The position numbers and the translations under genes are program-made. From assembly GCA_002633005.1 (NCBI GenBank), contig NMRA01000105.1, positions 310,001 to 374,000 of the forward strand: DNA of 64,000 nucleotides, written 5' to 3'. Of the stretch, positions 12,559-24,845 are shown piece by piece. Under the pieces are notes generated by a model that was not told the DNA's origin, ran no database searches, and saw only the letters and a program-made list of their open reading frames with translations. Position 1 is the first letter of the stretch. Each line of letters starts with the position of its first letter. The DNA comes from Phoronis australis (taxonomy: Eukaryota; Animalia; Phoronida).

Positions 12559-12894
12559 ATGGCGTTCTCTCAGTTATGTTCTCTTGATATCATTTTTATA
12601 ATTACTATTGTATGCTTATGCGTTTGTCTCTGTTTCTTGATCTACAGTTGCAAAGAATACAAGATGCGCGAATTAACAACCAGTGTTCAAAAAGAGGAAA
12701 TTGACTCTTTGGTCAAAAAACGTGAAATTGAGAAAGAAATCCAAATGAAAAAGAATGAACAAGAGCACCTGCGCTTTATGAAAAGGAGTGGAAGTGAGGA
12801 TTTCAAAATGAAAGAACAAACCGTGTTCGACAACTTACCAGCGACTAGAACGGCGCCTCGTCCTCCACCTTCAACATTGGAGCTCCTCGAATAG
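12559..12894 (+). CDS. Orphan 111-aa single-pass membrane protein (Cys-rich TM, charged coiled coil, Pro-rich tail), paralog 1
   Basis: ATG in gcaATGG context; MAFSQLCSLDIIFIITIVCLCVCLCFLIY then a K/E-rich helix; homologous to ORF 18255-18575. Confidence 0.65.
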   Translation: MAFSQLCSLDIIFIITIVCLCVCLCFLIYSCKEYKMRELTTSVQKEEIDSLVKKREIEKEIQMKKNEQEHLRFMKRSGSEDFKMKEQTVFDNLPATRTAPRPPPSTLELLE

Positions 12895-14919
12895 GCATAT
12901 GAACTTGCTGGATTTATTGGTATGCATATCGTACATTTTTGGTTAAATGCCCGACAGTCCTACCCTTTTCAAGTTCACCTGATAATCTTCCGTATGTTCT
13001 ACGCATTGTTCGATTTTCAAGAGACGAATGAAATAATTTCGTACGTTGTGCTGGTGTTTTTCGAGAAATTCAAAATGTCAAAGGTGAAGACCGTATGATA
13101 CAGAAACGTTCTGCCAAATTCGGAGAGACTTACATCTTCCAACTGACACCTCGCGTGCGTGCGCACGTGTGTATACGAATGTATTCTATTACCAGTATTA
13201 GAGATTTTGGTCGTCTTTGGGTTTGAGAAATTCACTTCTGGTGATTGCGCAAACGTCGTGAAATTGTTGTCAAGGAAATTGACTTTAAAGTATTGTTTGA
13301 TTTCTTTTAATCACTTTTGAGTAAGGCAATTTCATTTGAACATGTGCGACAAATTCTAAGTGCAAACTCAAAATTAATGATGAAACTGTACGTGACGAGG
13401 GTGAGATTTTTAATCATTTTGAAAATATGAGTCGGTCCTTTACTTTGACTTTACATCATTCACATCAGAAAAGTGGTGAATTCTGTCCCAGCCAAATGTA
13501 CCTGAGGTCATGAAAGAAAATGTTAATTTAACCTTTTCTAGATTATTTTAATCCGTTGATTATCAACGCGTTGATTATCAAACCTGGACAAACCAATTCT
13601 CATCACTTTTTAATTAATACGCATGCTCCATTTCCAACGTATGTAACGCAGTTAGAAATACTTGTAAACTGGCTTCACTGCTTGAAGAAAGTACTAAGTC
13701 ATCTACATAAAGCAAGAAGCACAAATTATAAAATACAATATCAAAACCTTACTAACAAGGTTAGCGATAGAGGATCATCCTGCCGGACACCTTAACATCA
13801 GACCAAGCTGTATAGTCGCCACCAGCCAGTTGAACGTACACTTCTGTATGCGCATACAAAGCCTTGACAGTAGAGTATAATTTTTCAACAATTCCCACCT
13901 GAATCAAATTATGTAACATTTTTCTACTAAGTTAACTATCAGGTATGTTTAGGGCCATTTTGCTCTTCAACCAATTTATTATCAAAATTAAAAAACTTAA
14001 TAACTGCCTCGTAACACATGGAGGGAAGATCACGTGAAGGCAGAATCAAATTAAACAATTTACTAAAAATTGACTCACATTATTATTTTTCAAAACTTCC
14101 CTTACATTCAGTCACTACCGATTTTTTCTCCCTGTTAAGTTAAACAGAGCACCATTCCTATTCACAACGTTTCACAAATATTTGTATTTTATATTCTTTA
14201 ATATGATAATAACTTTATTGACAGTACTAAGGGCACCGAGCCTTATACATGTACATGTACAGTGCCTGCATATGGCGCGCTATCATAAGATACAACCATA
14301 AAAATAGTACATCAGGGTGTAAGCCTTTCTGGTCTCCAAAAAGAACACAAAAGATAACTGGCTAATTTCTAAACGTTTTGTTCAGACATAATGTTTACAA
14401 AACTTTCCCGATTTACAAGCCTTTGAAAAACTACCATACTTTGCTCTCAGATCAGCGTGACACTCGAGTAAAAATGAATTTCTTCAACTACATTAAAACA
14501 CACTCTTGGGGTTCCTAAACATTTTTCACTTTCGATAGACAATGAATGATTTACAAATTTAGCAACAGCCGATAAATGCTTTTTATGTTAAAAAATTTAA
14601 AGTATATGTGACGGGACGTTCGTAACTTTACGCTTATTGTTATTCTTATTTAGTTGCAAATGTTCAGTTATTCTTATGCTAATGTCTTTGTTGCGTCTCA
14701 GTGCGCCTTTGTTACGTGGGCATGTGGGCGCGACTGTATGTGTCGGGCACTTCGCTAGCGACAGGCTTAGGAGAAGGGTGTTTCCTTCTTTTGCTTTCAT
14801 GGAAAGTTGATCGTTATCATGTGCAAATTGAACTGAAACGAATGCCTGATGAGAGAAAATACATATTCTGAGGTTCAGTGGAGACTTACTCTGTTACATA
14901 TAAGAGCAATTTTATAAAG

Positions 14920-15168
14920 CATGCGCGCACCCACGGGGGGGGGGCGGTCGTGGGAGCCCCCCATTTGGCGAAGTGGGTAAAAAGGTCCGCCTCAGAGAAA
15001 CAAAAAGTCCGAGAAAATGAGACAAAAGTCCACTGAAAAGGCACAGAAGCACAGTTCACAGTTCTGAAGGCGGCACCCCGTATTTTAATCCTCCTGCTTT
15101 TTTGTTAGCAAAAGGTCCACTTTGTCAGAGATTCGAGAACCCCATATTAAAGGCTGGGTGCGCGCATG
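14920..15168 (+). mobile_element. MITE, TIR CATGCGCGCACCCA, 5-bp TSD
   Basis: TSD TAAAG on both sides; second copy at 23991-24258 in opposite orientation. Confidence 0.88.
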
Positions 15169-18125
15169 TAAAGTCTGTAACAGTCAAGTTAACCAAAAAG
15201 TGACATTTTTTATACCATAGCTGGGAATCAATATTTAAAAATCTCTGCTTAAATTCCATCAAAAAGGCCAACTCTCACCAACACCCTTACAATCCCATAC
15301 AAAACCAAAGCCATTCCCATGGGCGGCGCAACACTGAAAAAGTGGGGGAGGGGAGCTATACCCCAAGCCACCTGTGGTGTGCCGCCCATGCTTATAACAT
15401 ATTTTTGACATCTAGTCCCCAAGAACAGTATCTTCAGCAAAAGGAATGGGTTTTCTACTTCTGACAAAAGTGAATCAATATCATTGACACTGAGATGGAC
15501 AATACGTATTAATTATGGGTTGGAAGACAGTGTACTAAATATTTTTTCTCTTGATGTTAAACTAAAATGGTTTCAGTGTGAACTAGTTCATAGACTAATA
15601 TATGTAAATTCATAAATCTTTATAAAGTAGGCGTCTCGTAGTCTTCTGCTTGTACAGATTGTAAGCAAGATCCAAAAACTTTGACACATTTATTTTTATA
15701 TTGTACATTTACTGGAACGTTTCTAAACTTTGCTTCCATGATAATGGTGAAATAATTATAACGACCGCTAGTGTTCTTTTTGGAATCAACGATATTTATT
15801 CATCAACAGGTTTAATTTTGATTCTAGCAAAATATCATGTATAATTTCAAAGATGAGAGGGGACCCTTTAGCATCTATTTATGCTTTTGCTAATATTTCA
15901 AAACAGTACTATACTATATATTGTTGGCAAGAATGGACAGCTTGATAGATTCGGTGATACTTGGTGAAATTTTACCCATGTGGTCGAAAACTAAGTGACC
16001 ATTGAATGAGTGTATGGTGTGTGTGTGTGTGTTTATTTCTATGACTTAGATAGTGTAACTCCTTGAGTTATTGGAAATAAATGTTATTTAGTGAAAAATA
16101 TGGAAAATCACTGACCCACTTCTCATCACGAGTTGTCACACTTATAAAGTTCAAAAAAGTCTGCTCCCCACCTCTCAGCAGGAACATCTCGAAGTTTTTC
16201 TATTTGCTTTTTGATCCCATATTTTGCAATTCTTTTCAGAAAATTTCTGGATCTTGTGTATGATTTCACTAGTAGAGACACGTTTTCTCTACCTCTTATC
16301 AAACTCAAAACAGGCCTTTTCTAATTGGCATGAAAACTTTTACGCTTGTTTCCATTTTTCCTTCAAGTAAATTTTTTCTCGGTCATTGATTTCCATAAAT
16401 GTTGTAATTTGTCGCACACAAATGGCTTTTTGTCCCTGAAACACTTTTTAGGTTTTGCATTTAAAATATGAAATTTCGTGGTGAATATGGTTGCATATTT
16501 ACATATCACATTGCAATTTCACTGACTCGTTAAATTGCTAAACACCATCCATAGTGTATTGACTAAATTCAGTTTTATTCATAAAATTTCCGGGCATTGA
16601 GTCACGAAATTATCGCTTTCTCAGTGAAAAATCATCTGACCTCATAGTACCAGTCTTAGAAGGATTCATTTTTTGGGAACTGTTCTTAAACGATTGTATT
16701 TGGTCCAAAGAAAAAAATAAAGTACATTTGTTTCTATATTACCTAGAAGCTCTTGCGAAGTTTTTTATTAGGGCACTAGATTGCCCCAAGAGTAGCGTAT
16801 ATTGTGTACAACCGATCACGTGTTAATTTGTATCAGGTGACTTATAAGCCCAAGAGGCTGGGAACGTATTCTACAAAAGTCCATGTTTTGTATTGCATTC
16901 TGTGATGCATCCACGTTACAATAATAAATATTATAGCAAGATATGTGTGCGTGCGTGTGTGTGCGAGAGATGGGGGGGGGGGGGGGGNTGCGTGCGTATT
17001 TGGGTAATGTGTGGAGCAACATAAGTACATTCTGTGGTGCTATTTTCAACTATGAGGGTCGTGTATAGTAGCCGTGCCTTGCCTGATTTTAATTATGTTA
17101 TATTGCGTTGAGGAGACACGATAGAATACTTAAATTACAAAAAAGTTGCCTCAGAATGGTCACATCTAGTTTTTTCAATACCTCTATGGATCTTTTCTTT
17201 AAGACTACAAATATACTCGAAATAAAGGACTTATATGTTGCCACTTTCATCAATTTTCTCTAAATATTTTCATCGTTCTCTGAATAACGAACTGTTCATC
17301 AGCATTATACAAGACTGTGGTATATTTTACCTACATCTCGTTGTCACAAGTTTTTTGCAATGTGTTTTAAACTCATAATACTTGGCCAAATATTATTAGC
17401 AACTTTCCTATCAGTACCTCACGGAAAATCTTTACTTATTAGCTTTAGCTGTTATTTAATTCAAAAATATTCTTTGAAAGTAATGACCTTGAGCGCACCA
17501 TTTCCAATTGCTTCATATGTACGATAAATGTTTTCAGTCATCTAGTTGAATAATAAGGTAGAAAAATTAAGAAATCTATTACTGTGCGACAAATCACATG
17601 ACGAGTCACGTGTCAATTCAGTGGCCTGAAGTACTCGAGAGGAGGACGTAACGTAGCCATCTCTATGTAACCGTAAGTCCAGTAATAGATTTATTAATTT
17701 TTCAACCTGCTTCATACGTAACTATTTTTAAAAGATTTTTAGTTATTTCATTTTTCATGTGTTTTGCCACCAAATTATAATTGAGATCAAGTTTTCTCTT
17801 TTTTTCTGTAATGTATTTTTCGAGTTATCAAATAGTGTATTTGTCATTTGGTTTGTAGACGAAGCTCTCAGCAATAACCAATTTACTTCAAGCAAAAAAC
17901 CCAGCGACACGTCCGCTTTTGTTTCTATTCTTTAATTAGTGAGCGTGGCGACAATCAATTGGCGCAAAACTCCACTGGTGGTCCATTGTACATTCAGACT
18001 ATTGTTCACAAAAGAATGAATTCCAAAGTTTCACATATTGATGATCAAGGCAATCAATTAGAACCAGGTGTGCCTAATTAAATGGTAGTCTAGGAAAAAA
18101 ATTATTGGATCAATACTGAAAATCA

Positions 18126-18205
18126 ATAGCAAAAACATGCTGATGGCGTTAATAAGAAATATTGAAAACCCATAGCAAAAACATGCTGATCGTTAATAAG
18201 AAATG
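18126..18205. repeat. ~35-bp direct repeat upstream of paralog 2
   Basis: atagcaaaaacatgctgat(gg)cgttaataagaaat x2. Confidence 0.8.
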
Positions 18206-18254
18206 CAAAATTGGTTGAATACTCGACACACCGCATGCAACTCTGCCAATGACA

Positions 18255-18575
18255 ATGGCATTCCCAGAATTGTGTTATCTTGAAATCGGTTTGATTTCTG
18301 CGTTTTGTATCTCTTCAGCTTACTTTTTATACATCGAGGGACAACGAAGCGAACGCAAAAAGATGGAATTGTATCTCCGTCAAAGAGACATTAACCACCA
18401 GCAGACTATGGCTAAAATTAGTTATAAAGTTGCCCAAGAAAAAGAAGAAACGGAGCGGCTGAAATTGGTGTTAGGGGTACAGCAGTTTAATCGATGGACG
18501 AACAAAATCAGTTGTCAGGATCCAGATCTAACGTATGACCATCTTCAGTCACATACATTATCGGAGTTAAATTGA
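18255..18575 (+). CDS. Orphan ~106-aa single-pass membrane protein with coiled coil, paralog 2 (alternative ATG at 18249)
   Basis: MAFPELCYLEIGLISAFCISSAYFLYI then a charged helix; 25/33 nt identical to paralog 1 over the first 11 codons. Confidence 0.62.
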   Translation: MAFPELCYLEIGLISAFCISSAYFLYIEGQRSERKKMELYLRQRDINHQQTMAKISYKVAQEKEETERLKLVLGVQQFNRWTNKISCQDPDLTYDHLQSHTLSELN

Positions 18576-19417
18576 CATGCCGAGTCCACCATAGAGCAGC
18601 CAGATACGTAACTAATAGATACAGAGAAAGCTCCAGTGTGTCGGACATGTACATTTGTGTAGTAGGAAGAAAAAGGAGCGGAAATTTACATTGCGTGAGT
18701 TAAATGGCCGATCTTTGGAGTCCAACCTGAATATTAAATGTGTCAATAATTAACCACAGAGACGTAGAAAAATACAGTTACAGAACAAGTCAATGCACCA
18801 AAGAGTTGTTTGACGAAAGGATATAGTTTTTTCCGGAAAACTAGGTTCGAAACATGAAAAGTAAACTTGACATGACCAAATTGCGGCGATCGTATTGTTA
18901 CGGATTAGGTATCATGCTAAATGCAGGGTTATGTTTCTTCTAGTAAATTCTTGAAATATTGCTTTCTACACGAACCAGGTCGTATTGTTGACGAGTTGAA
19001 GATATATTCGACAGTGGTGGCTCATAGCATTTTGTTGTCATGTGCAATTAGTCTCATCTGGTTTAATTTGTTGATCAAGAGTAGGCCTATTAGCTTCAAG
19101 CATAGCCTAAGTAGGTCCTGGTGAGGTGGGCACTACCGGGACTAACAGTTGATTTGTCATTGATCTGAAATAATACTTGATGTTATTAAATATATATATA
19201 TATTGATTACGATAATAAACTAGGCTCACAATTGAAAATAAAAATTATATGACCATCAATTCTGCTTTCTTGGTTTTAATAATTACGCCTATTTCATGTG
19301 TTATATTTTTCAAATATCAATCTCGACCAAGTTGAATTTTAAAATTGAAACACCTAATTCTTTCGTCCAAAGCATAACCTCGTTTTAGGGCTCAATTTCA
19401 GTTAACTGGACAGAACA

Positions 19418-19589
19418 CAGTGGCGGATTTAGAGGGGAGCCAAGGGGCTATCCCCTAGCCCCCCTCTCCCCCTAAAATTCTCCCAGATTCAATTTGGCAG
19501 TTGAGGAGTGCGAATTTCTGACGGGCAAAATCCTGGCTAATACTCTGCCTTGCCCCCCCCCCAACTCAACGTCCTCCTGAATCCCCCTG
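19418..19589. mobile_element. hAT-like MITE with 5-bp TSD
   Basis: CAGTGGCGGATTTAG ... TGAATCCCCCTG; TSD GAACA. Confidence 0.75.
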
Positions 19590-19788
19590 GAACAAGCATA
19601 GTTATCGTGTTTCTTCAGAGGCCTCGTTCATATCCGAGGGGAGAGGTGCCTCATGTGTGTGCGGCCTTCTGAGAGGGGAACGTTTCACCGAGTGACGGGC
19701 CAGTGAAAACTCTACTGACCTCCCGATCACCATCAATAGCACCCCGCCCTTTTGCAAGCTCTCATAGCTCTGCCTCAAGTAACATTTT

Positions 19789-20101
19789 CAGTGGCTGATC
19801 TAGGATATACCATATAGGCCTAGTGAGGGGAGCGGGCCGACATCCTCGGAGAAGCGGGCAAAGCGAGATTGTATGCACGCAGGCGGCCCGAAAGTTGCGG
19901 GCGCCGAGGATGTATACCTTCTACTAAGAAAATCTGTCGTTGGACTAAAAAATGATAAAACGGAACGTGTTTTCCCCCTCGTCCGCTACCGGTCCTAGCT
20001 CGAACTCAGTACAAGTTTCCTCCCGCTTCACGTTTTGCTGGTTTATTTTGCTTGCGGCAGTCAAGGGGGGGGGGCCCTACCTCCCCCTAAATTCGCCCAT
20101 G
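19789..20101. mobile_element. hAT-like MITE with 5-bp TSD, related to 10296-11297
   Basis: CAGTGGCTGATCTAGGATAT ... CCCCTAAATTCGCCCATG; TSD ATTTT; shares the gcggcagYcaaggggggg end. Confidence 0.78.
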
Positions 20102-20399
20102 ATTTTCACTTTTTCAAATTGTCACCTCTGCGGTCACAGGTGTTTGAACCGTTGGAGAGAAATTTTCAATCACAAAGGGGATTTTTAGGCCTCCTGGCCG
20201 GGAATTTCGCGTAATTTTTCAATATTTTTGAGAGGGGAATGGGGCCGATATTTGGCCCCAAAATTGAGGGATTGAAGGCCCTGTCCTTTTTGTAAAGAAA
20301 AATGCATCGCGCTTCAACCCATAGTCATGAAAACACAGCCTGGCTGGCAGAAGATTCTCCGGTCCTCGTTGCTATGGTGGCATCCAGTCCGAGATGCGA

Positions 20400-20640
20400 C
20401 AAATTATGATTCGAAAACAGTTATAAATTTTACACGAACATATTTTCCTTCGTCGCGGCGTATGGCAAGGATCCAACGCTTCCGAATACCAACGTCCTTA
20501 GGGATTGTAAAACAGACTGTCCGTATTTTTTCTAGCTGTTCGAGCAACGCGGAGTACAACTACGCGGAGAAGCCACCAGAGCTATCGTAGCGAGCCTCGT
20601 TTAAGAACGCGCCTCCTGTCGGCGTGAACTTAGGGTCTAT
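20400..20640 (-). pseudogene. Degenerate THAP-domain remnant, probable 5' end of an ISL2EU/Harbinger-type transposon
   Basis: Minus strand: C-T-P-R-C-S-N (frameshift) ... FTIPKDVGIRKRWILAIRRDEGKY; ATAGACC-type terminus at 20640. Confidence 0.6.
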
Positions 20641-21244
20641 ACTGAAAATGGGTCATAAGGTTGCATTGTGGGCACAGAGGTATCATTTGGTGACACTCAA
20701 TATTTTTTTGAGTCACGGTTGAATTTGGCTCCGCCAATTTCAGTTGGCACCTGATGGGTTGGCTCGGCCTTGTAAGCTCTGCATTTGAACTTGAAGGCTT
20801 CGAATCGCATTTGCTCGATTTTTGAATCTGTGACGAGTGAAAGATTGTCAGCTGTTGACCTCTTGACTCACTTTTTGCTCAGCCGTGGCTTTTCTTAATA
20901 AACCTTTTATTGGCTTTCAAGCGGGAAGTTGATCGGAAATTTAACACGAAATTCAAGTACCCTTCAGACTCTTTGACATTTATTAAAACTCTGATTGGTC
21001 GACAATCACTTTCCACAGGTTTATGTAACGTGGATAGTTTTGGCACTGTGAATGCACTGGTTTTTGAAGACTGCCCAATAATACTGTTCATGTTTTAAGG
21101 TGTTGTATTTACTGCAGAACAGACTGTTGAAGCTGACTCGACCTGATTTTTTCAAGCCCAAAATCTTTAAAAACTGTTGGGTAACATCTTCAGTAAACAA
21201 ATATGTCAGCAAGCGAACGAGAGAAGCGATCACGGGAAGGTTAA

Positions 21245-22936
21245 AGGAGCATGCCACCCAAAAAACAGCCTAATTTCTATCAATTTAGATGGAGTAGTTC
21301 TACTCCATAACGACGCGTGCGGTTGCGTTACCTGACACCTGACGGCAGACGGAGGTGTTGAAATTATCCAGTTACGTCATCGGTTTCACACGCATTCTGT
21401 TCAGCAGTTCACAACACGGGTTACTGGTGTCAGCTTATTATTTGGAGTCATCGTTTAACACCAATAAATCACCAATCTTCGATGTAAAACCCTTAAAAAT
21501 ACACCGAGTTCTTACAAAAACGTGTTGTTTTATTTCACTGTTACGGATTTATTGGTATTTGGACACACCGTAGCCTACAAAGTTCGGCAGGCCAATAAGG
21601 TCCGTAGCAGGAGTTTGGAGTGTGTTCGGAGATAATTTCGAAGTATTTTCCGTGAGATACAGACAGGAGAACCTAGATCTGTGTTATTTAGACTTGTGAT
21701 TTTCTGAGTTCTAAACAAAAAACACTTGTTATCCTGGCCAGTGCTCCGGAGCCCGATCAGGCCCGTCGCGGACGGTCGGATTCCGACTAGTGATCCCTAC
21801 CAGTGCCTCGGAAACCGATCAGACATCACGAACAAACCAGCCAAAGTTCAGTGGAAACCAAACTTCCAGTCAAGAAAATATTATACTAGTGAGCCAAAGT
21901 AATGTGCACGTGATTATGTTGGTGAATTAGCCACGAAACTGCAAATCTACTTACTCGTCGGGGGCCGCGAATTCGTTCCGCTTTGGCCACAGCACCGTCA
22001 GGGCAGAAGTTGCACATTGACAATCATTATTTGAGTAATGTAAATGTAAATAAAGATTCCCCTAACACTTGGTCGTGGGATGGAAATCGAGTTGTTTCAC
22101 AACAGTTTCTGCCAGAAAACACTAAATTAGCATGAGCTCACACGGCCTCGGTGTCCCGTCAATTAGGTTTATTGCACCCGAAGCCGATAACGCAGTGATT
22201 TATTCATTGCTGGCTTGTCAAATCATTTCGTGCACTCACGAACACTCCAAAGGCATTACAAATTGCATCCAATTAGACAGACTTTGTTTCAGTTTTATAT
22301 AAGTATTGGTTACGGTGAGAATAATTCATTTTGAAACAGAACGCTCAGTAATAAACGCCAAACATGGCAACTCGCAATCCCGGCTTAGGACGAGCTAGAG
22401 CGGCTCATCAGTCCCGACTTCGCAGGTGGATCGTTACGTTTTACAGGCTATCAATTCGAACAAGAATACAATGATGATGAAATACTAGAGAGGCGCCGTG
22501 AACAAGCTCAGACAATGGAACTTATGGAGTTATTTGGTAAGCCGGCCATTCGTGAGGCACTGTTGACGTCGTGTGCAGGCAACAGACACCAGAGATGTTT
22601 CACGGCCTCATACTTGCTAATTACAGCGTACATTTCATTCTTCACTACCATGAGCCACTTCCTAAGCATTTCGGACTCTCGAGGAAGTAAAAAAAAACGA
22701 TATACTCGCTTTCCTCGCGGCTGCTTAGTTCGGACAAGCGGGAACAATACACCGCAACATAGCGGCATTCACTCTGCATATGAACCACTGACGTCGCTAG
22801 CGTCGTTTCTCACCTTCCTCACAAGTTAACGCGACACCTCTTGGCAAGGTAAGGTCGACCGTATGCCGCAAGGCGATGTGGAAATATACCGATTAAGACG
22901 GCAAAAAAGACTAATTAAATCGGGTGGCATTCGCCT
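21245..22936 (-). mobile_element. Kolobok-type DNA transposon derivative (non-autonomous)
   Basis: TTAA TSDs at 21241-44 and 22937-40; TIRs AGGAGCATGCCACCC / AGGCGAATGCCACCC (13/15); contains a THAP remnant. Confidence 0.8.
22570..22768 (-). pseudogene. Degenerate THAP domain (N-terminus of the Kolobok transposase)
   Basis: MPLCCGV...FFLLPRESEMLRKWLMVVKNE...HLW; starts ~170 bp inside the right TIR. Confidence 0.6.
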
Positions 22937-22940
22937 TTAA

Positions 22941-23100
22941 ACGTGTTGTGCGCCTGGCTTGCTTAATAACACTATGCGAGTTTAAAGAGCTTAGCTACTT
23001 ACGATTTCCTGGGGATCATAAACTTCGTAAAAAATGGATCAAAAACAATAACTGCACGGCGGCTAGGTGTATACCTATCGCAATCATCGGACTTCGTTGG
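22941..23100 (+). pseudogene. Degenerate THAP domain interrupted by the Kolobok insertion
   Basis: TCCAPG(C) ... KELSYLRFPGDHKLRKKWI; joins 21231-21244 (acg gga agg tta) across the TTAA target. Confidence 0.65.
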
Positions 23101-23990
23101 GACGTCTGTGACAGATAACCTGCTTAATTGGCTGTTGTTTTTTTTGCTGTAAACAAGTGTTTTAATTTGCTTGTTGTTATGTTTCTCGGTGTTTTGCTAC
23201 ACAGCTGCACACCTGAAGAAAGGAGATTGTTTCGACACTACGAGCGACTCTGTATGAAGCTTTCAAACAAAAAAGTTTAGTCGTGTTTTCAACGAAGTTT
23301 GTGTGTGCTACCGAACTACCATACGCACTTGTGTATTTTTGCCAAATAAACACAAAAACACCAGGGGCAGGGTGTTAAGCTACACTCGGGTGTATTATTA
23401 CATCAGCGCCTGAGGCCATGTACTAGTAAATGTTAATTTACCCACGTGCAAATATGCACCTACCGCCTGTGAACGCGATTTAAATTTACGCACGCGTGTA
23501 AAAGCACCATTACTATTATTATTTCAGTGATCTCGTCTCTTCTTAAAGCAACACCACATCCCTTTAAAGCCTCACTTCAACGGAATTTTGTTACTTTAGA
23601 TGTATTAGGCTAACCAGATAGTCCTTTTCGTGCCATGTTGCGTCACCGCGAGATCTCAGCACAAACAACAAAAGGTTGTATTGAATAGGGGTCTGAATAG
23701 AACACCATTGCGTGTGGGTGTTATTCGTTATTTGAATTAAAAGGTGATTCTCGCGGTGACGTAGACAAACATTTCGTTACATTTAGCAATTTATGGCACT
23801 GGTGGGCTAAAAGCGATGCTCTTAACATACTGTAGGAACCAAATTTACTCGTGTTACCGTTGGAGATAGGCTTTAAACGTCCAAAACACTCGTAATGTGT
23901 AGTTTGGTATGGTCTGCTGCGGCTGCTGCCGCTGTTGAGTGAAACTTTCATGACTTTTGTATGCCACGATTTCACTGGATATGCACTATC

Positions 23991-24258
23991 CATGCGCGCA
24001 CCCAGCCTTTAATGTGGAGGGCTCGTATTTTCCCACGATGTGGACCTCTTACCGACAAAAAAGCCGAAGAACTAAAAAGGGGTACCTGTGAATTGTGTGC
24101 GTTTGCGCCTTTTTAGTGGACATTTTGTCTCGTTTTCTCGGACATTTTGTTTCTCTGAGGCTGACCTTTTTGTCCACCTCGCCAAATGGAGGGGGGGGGG
24201 GCNNNNNNNNNNNNNNNNNCATTCAAGCCCCCCCCCCCCCTGGGCCGGTGCGCGCATG
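23991..24258 (-). mobile_element. MITE, second copy of the 14920 family, 5-bp TSD
   Basis: TIR CATGCGCGCACC; TSD CTATC; internal sequence is the reverse complement of 14920-15168; contains an N gap. Confidence 0.88.
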
Positions 24259-24634
24259 CTATCCCCAGGTGCAATAGGCATATTTAGAACTTCGTTAGGA
24301 CAAACAACCTTTTCGGTTAACTTTGCAAAAATTTTCTGAACGCAATCCGACCACACCAAAAATTATGTGTTGTGGTATTGTCTGATATTTTCCGTGATGT
24401 CATCTAAAACATACTGGAAACGTGTTGATGAAACAAAAACTGCGACCAATATTTCGGACGTAACGATTGATATGCGACATCCAAGGTTACCACGACTAGA
24501 CCGCCAAATTTATTGTTCAAGTGATGGCCTTTAGTGGAAATTTTGCGCAATAAACGACCTGTCAACCATGAATCGGCTGCGTTCGTGTGCTAATTTCACG
24601 TATGGTTGAGAATAGGGAAACACGTGCTTTCGTT

Positions 24635-24845
24635 GGTTACCAGGTTACCAACAGAGTGGTTGCCAGGTTACCAACAGAGTGGTTGCCAGGTTACCAAGAG
24701 TGGTTGCCAGGTTACCAACAGAGTGATTACCAGGTTACCAACACAGTGGTTGCCAGGTTACCAACAGAGTGATTACAAGGTTACCAACAGAGTGGTTGCC
24801 AGGTTACCAACAGAGTGGTTACCAGGTTACCAACAGAGTGATTAA
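24635..24845. repeat. 23-bp minisatellite (~9 copies)
   Basis: Unit ggttaccaacagagtg(g/a)tt(g/a)cca with no unique spacers. Confidence 0.93.

Noticed and set aside
15318-15390. Short CATGGGCGGC TIR element
   Set aside because: The inverted ends are visible but there is no TSD, so it was not called as a feature.
22508-23118. Divergent two-gene THAP system
   Set aside because: Explained by a nested Kolobok insertion; both THAP sequences are frameshifted or degenerate.
24635-24845. CRISPR-like repeat array
   Set aside because: Units are contiguous with no unique spacers, there are no cas genes, and the context is eukaryotic. It is a minisatellite, and ORFs 24587 and 24606 just read through it.
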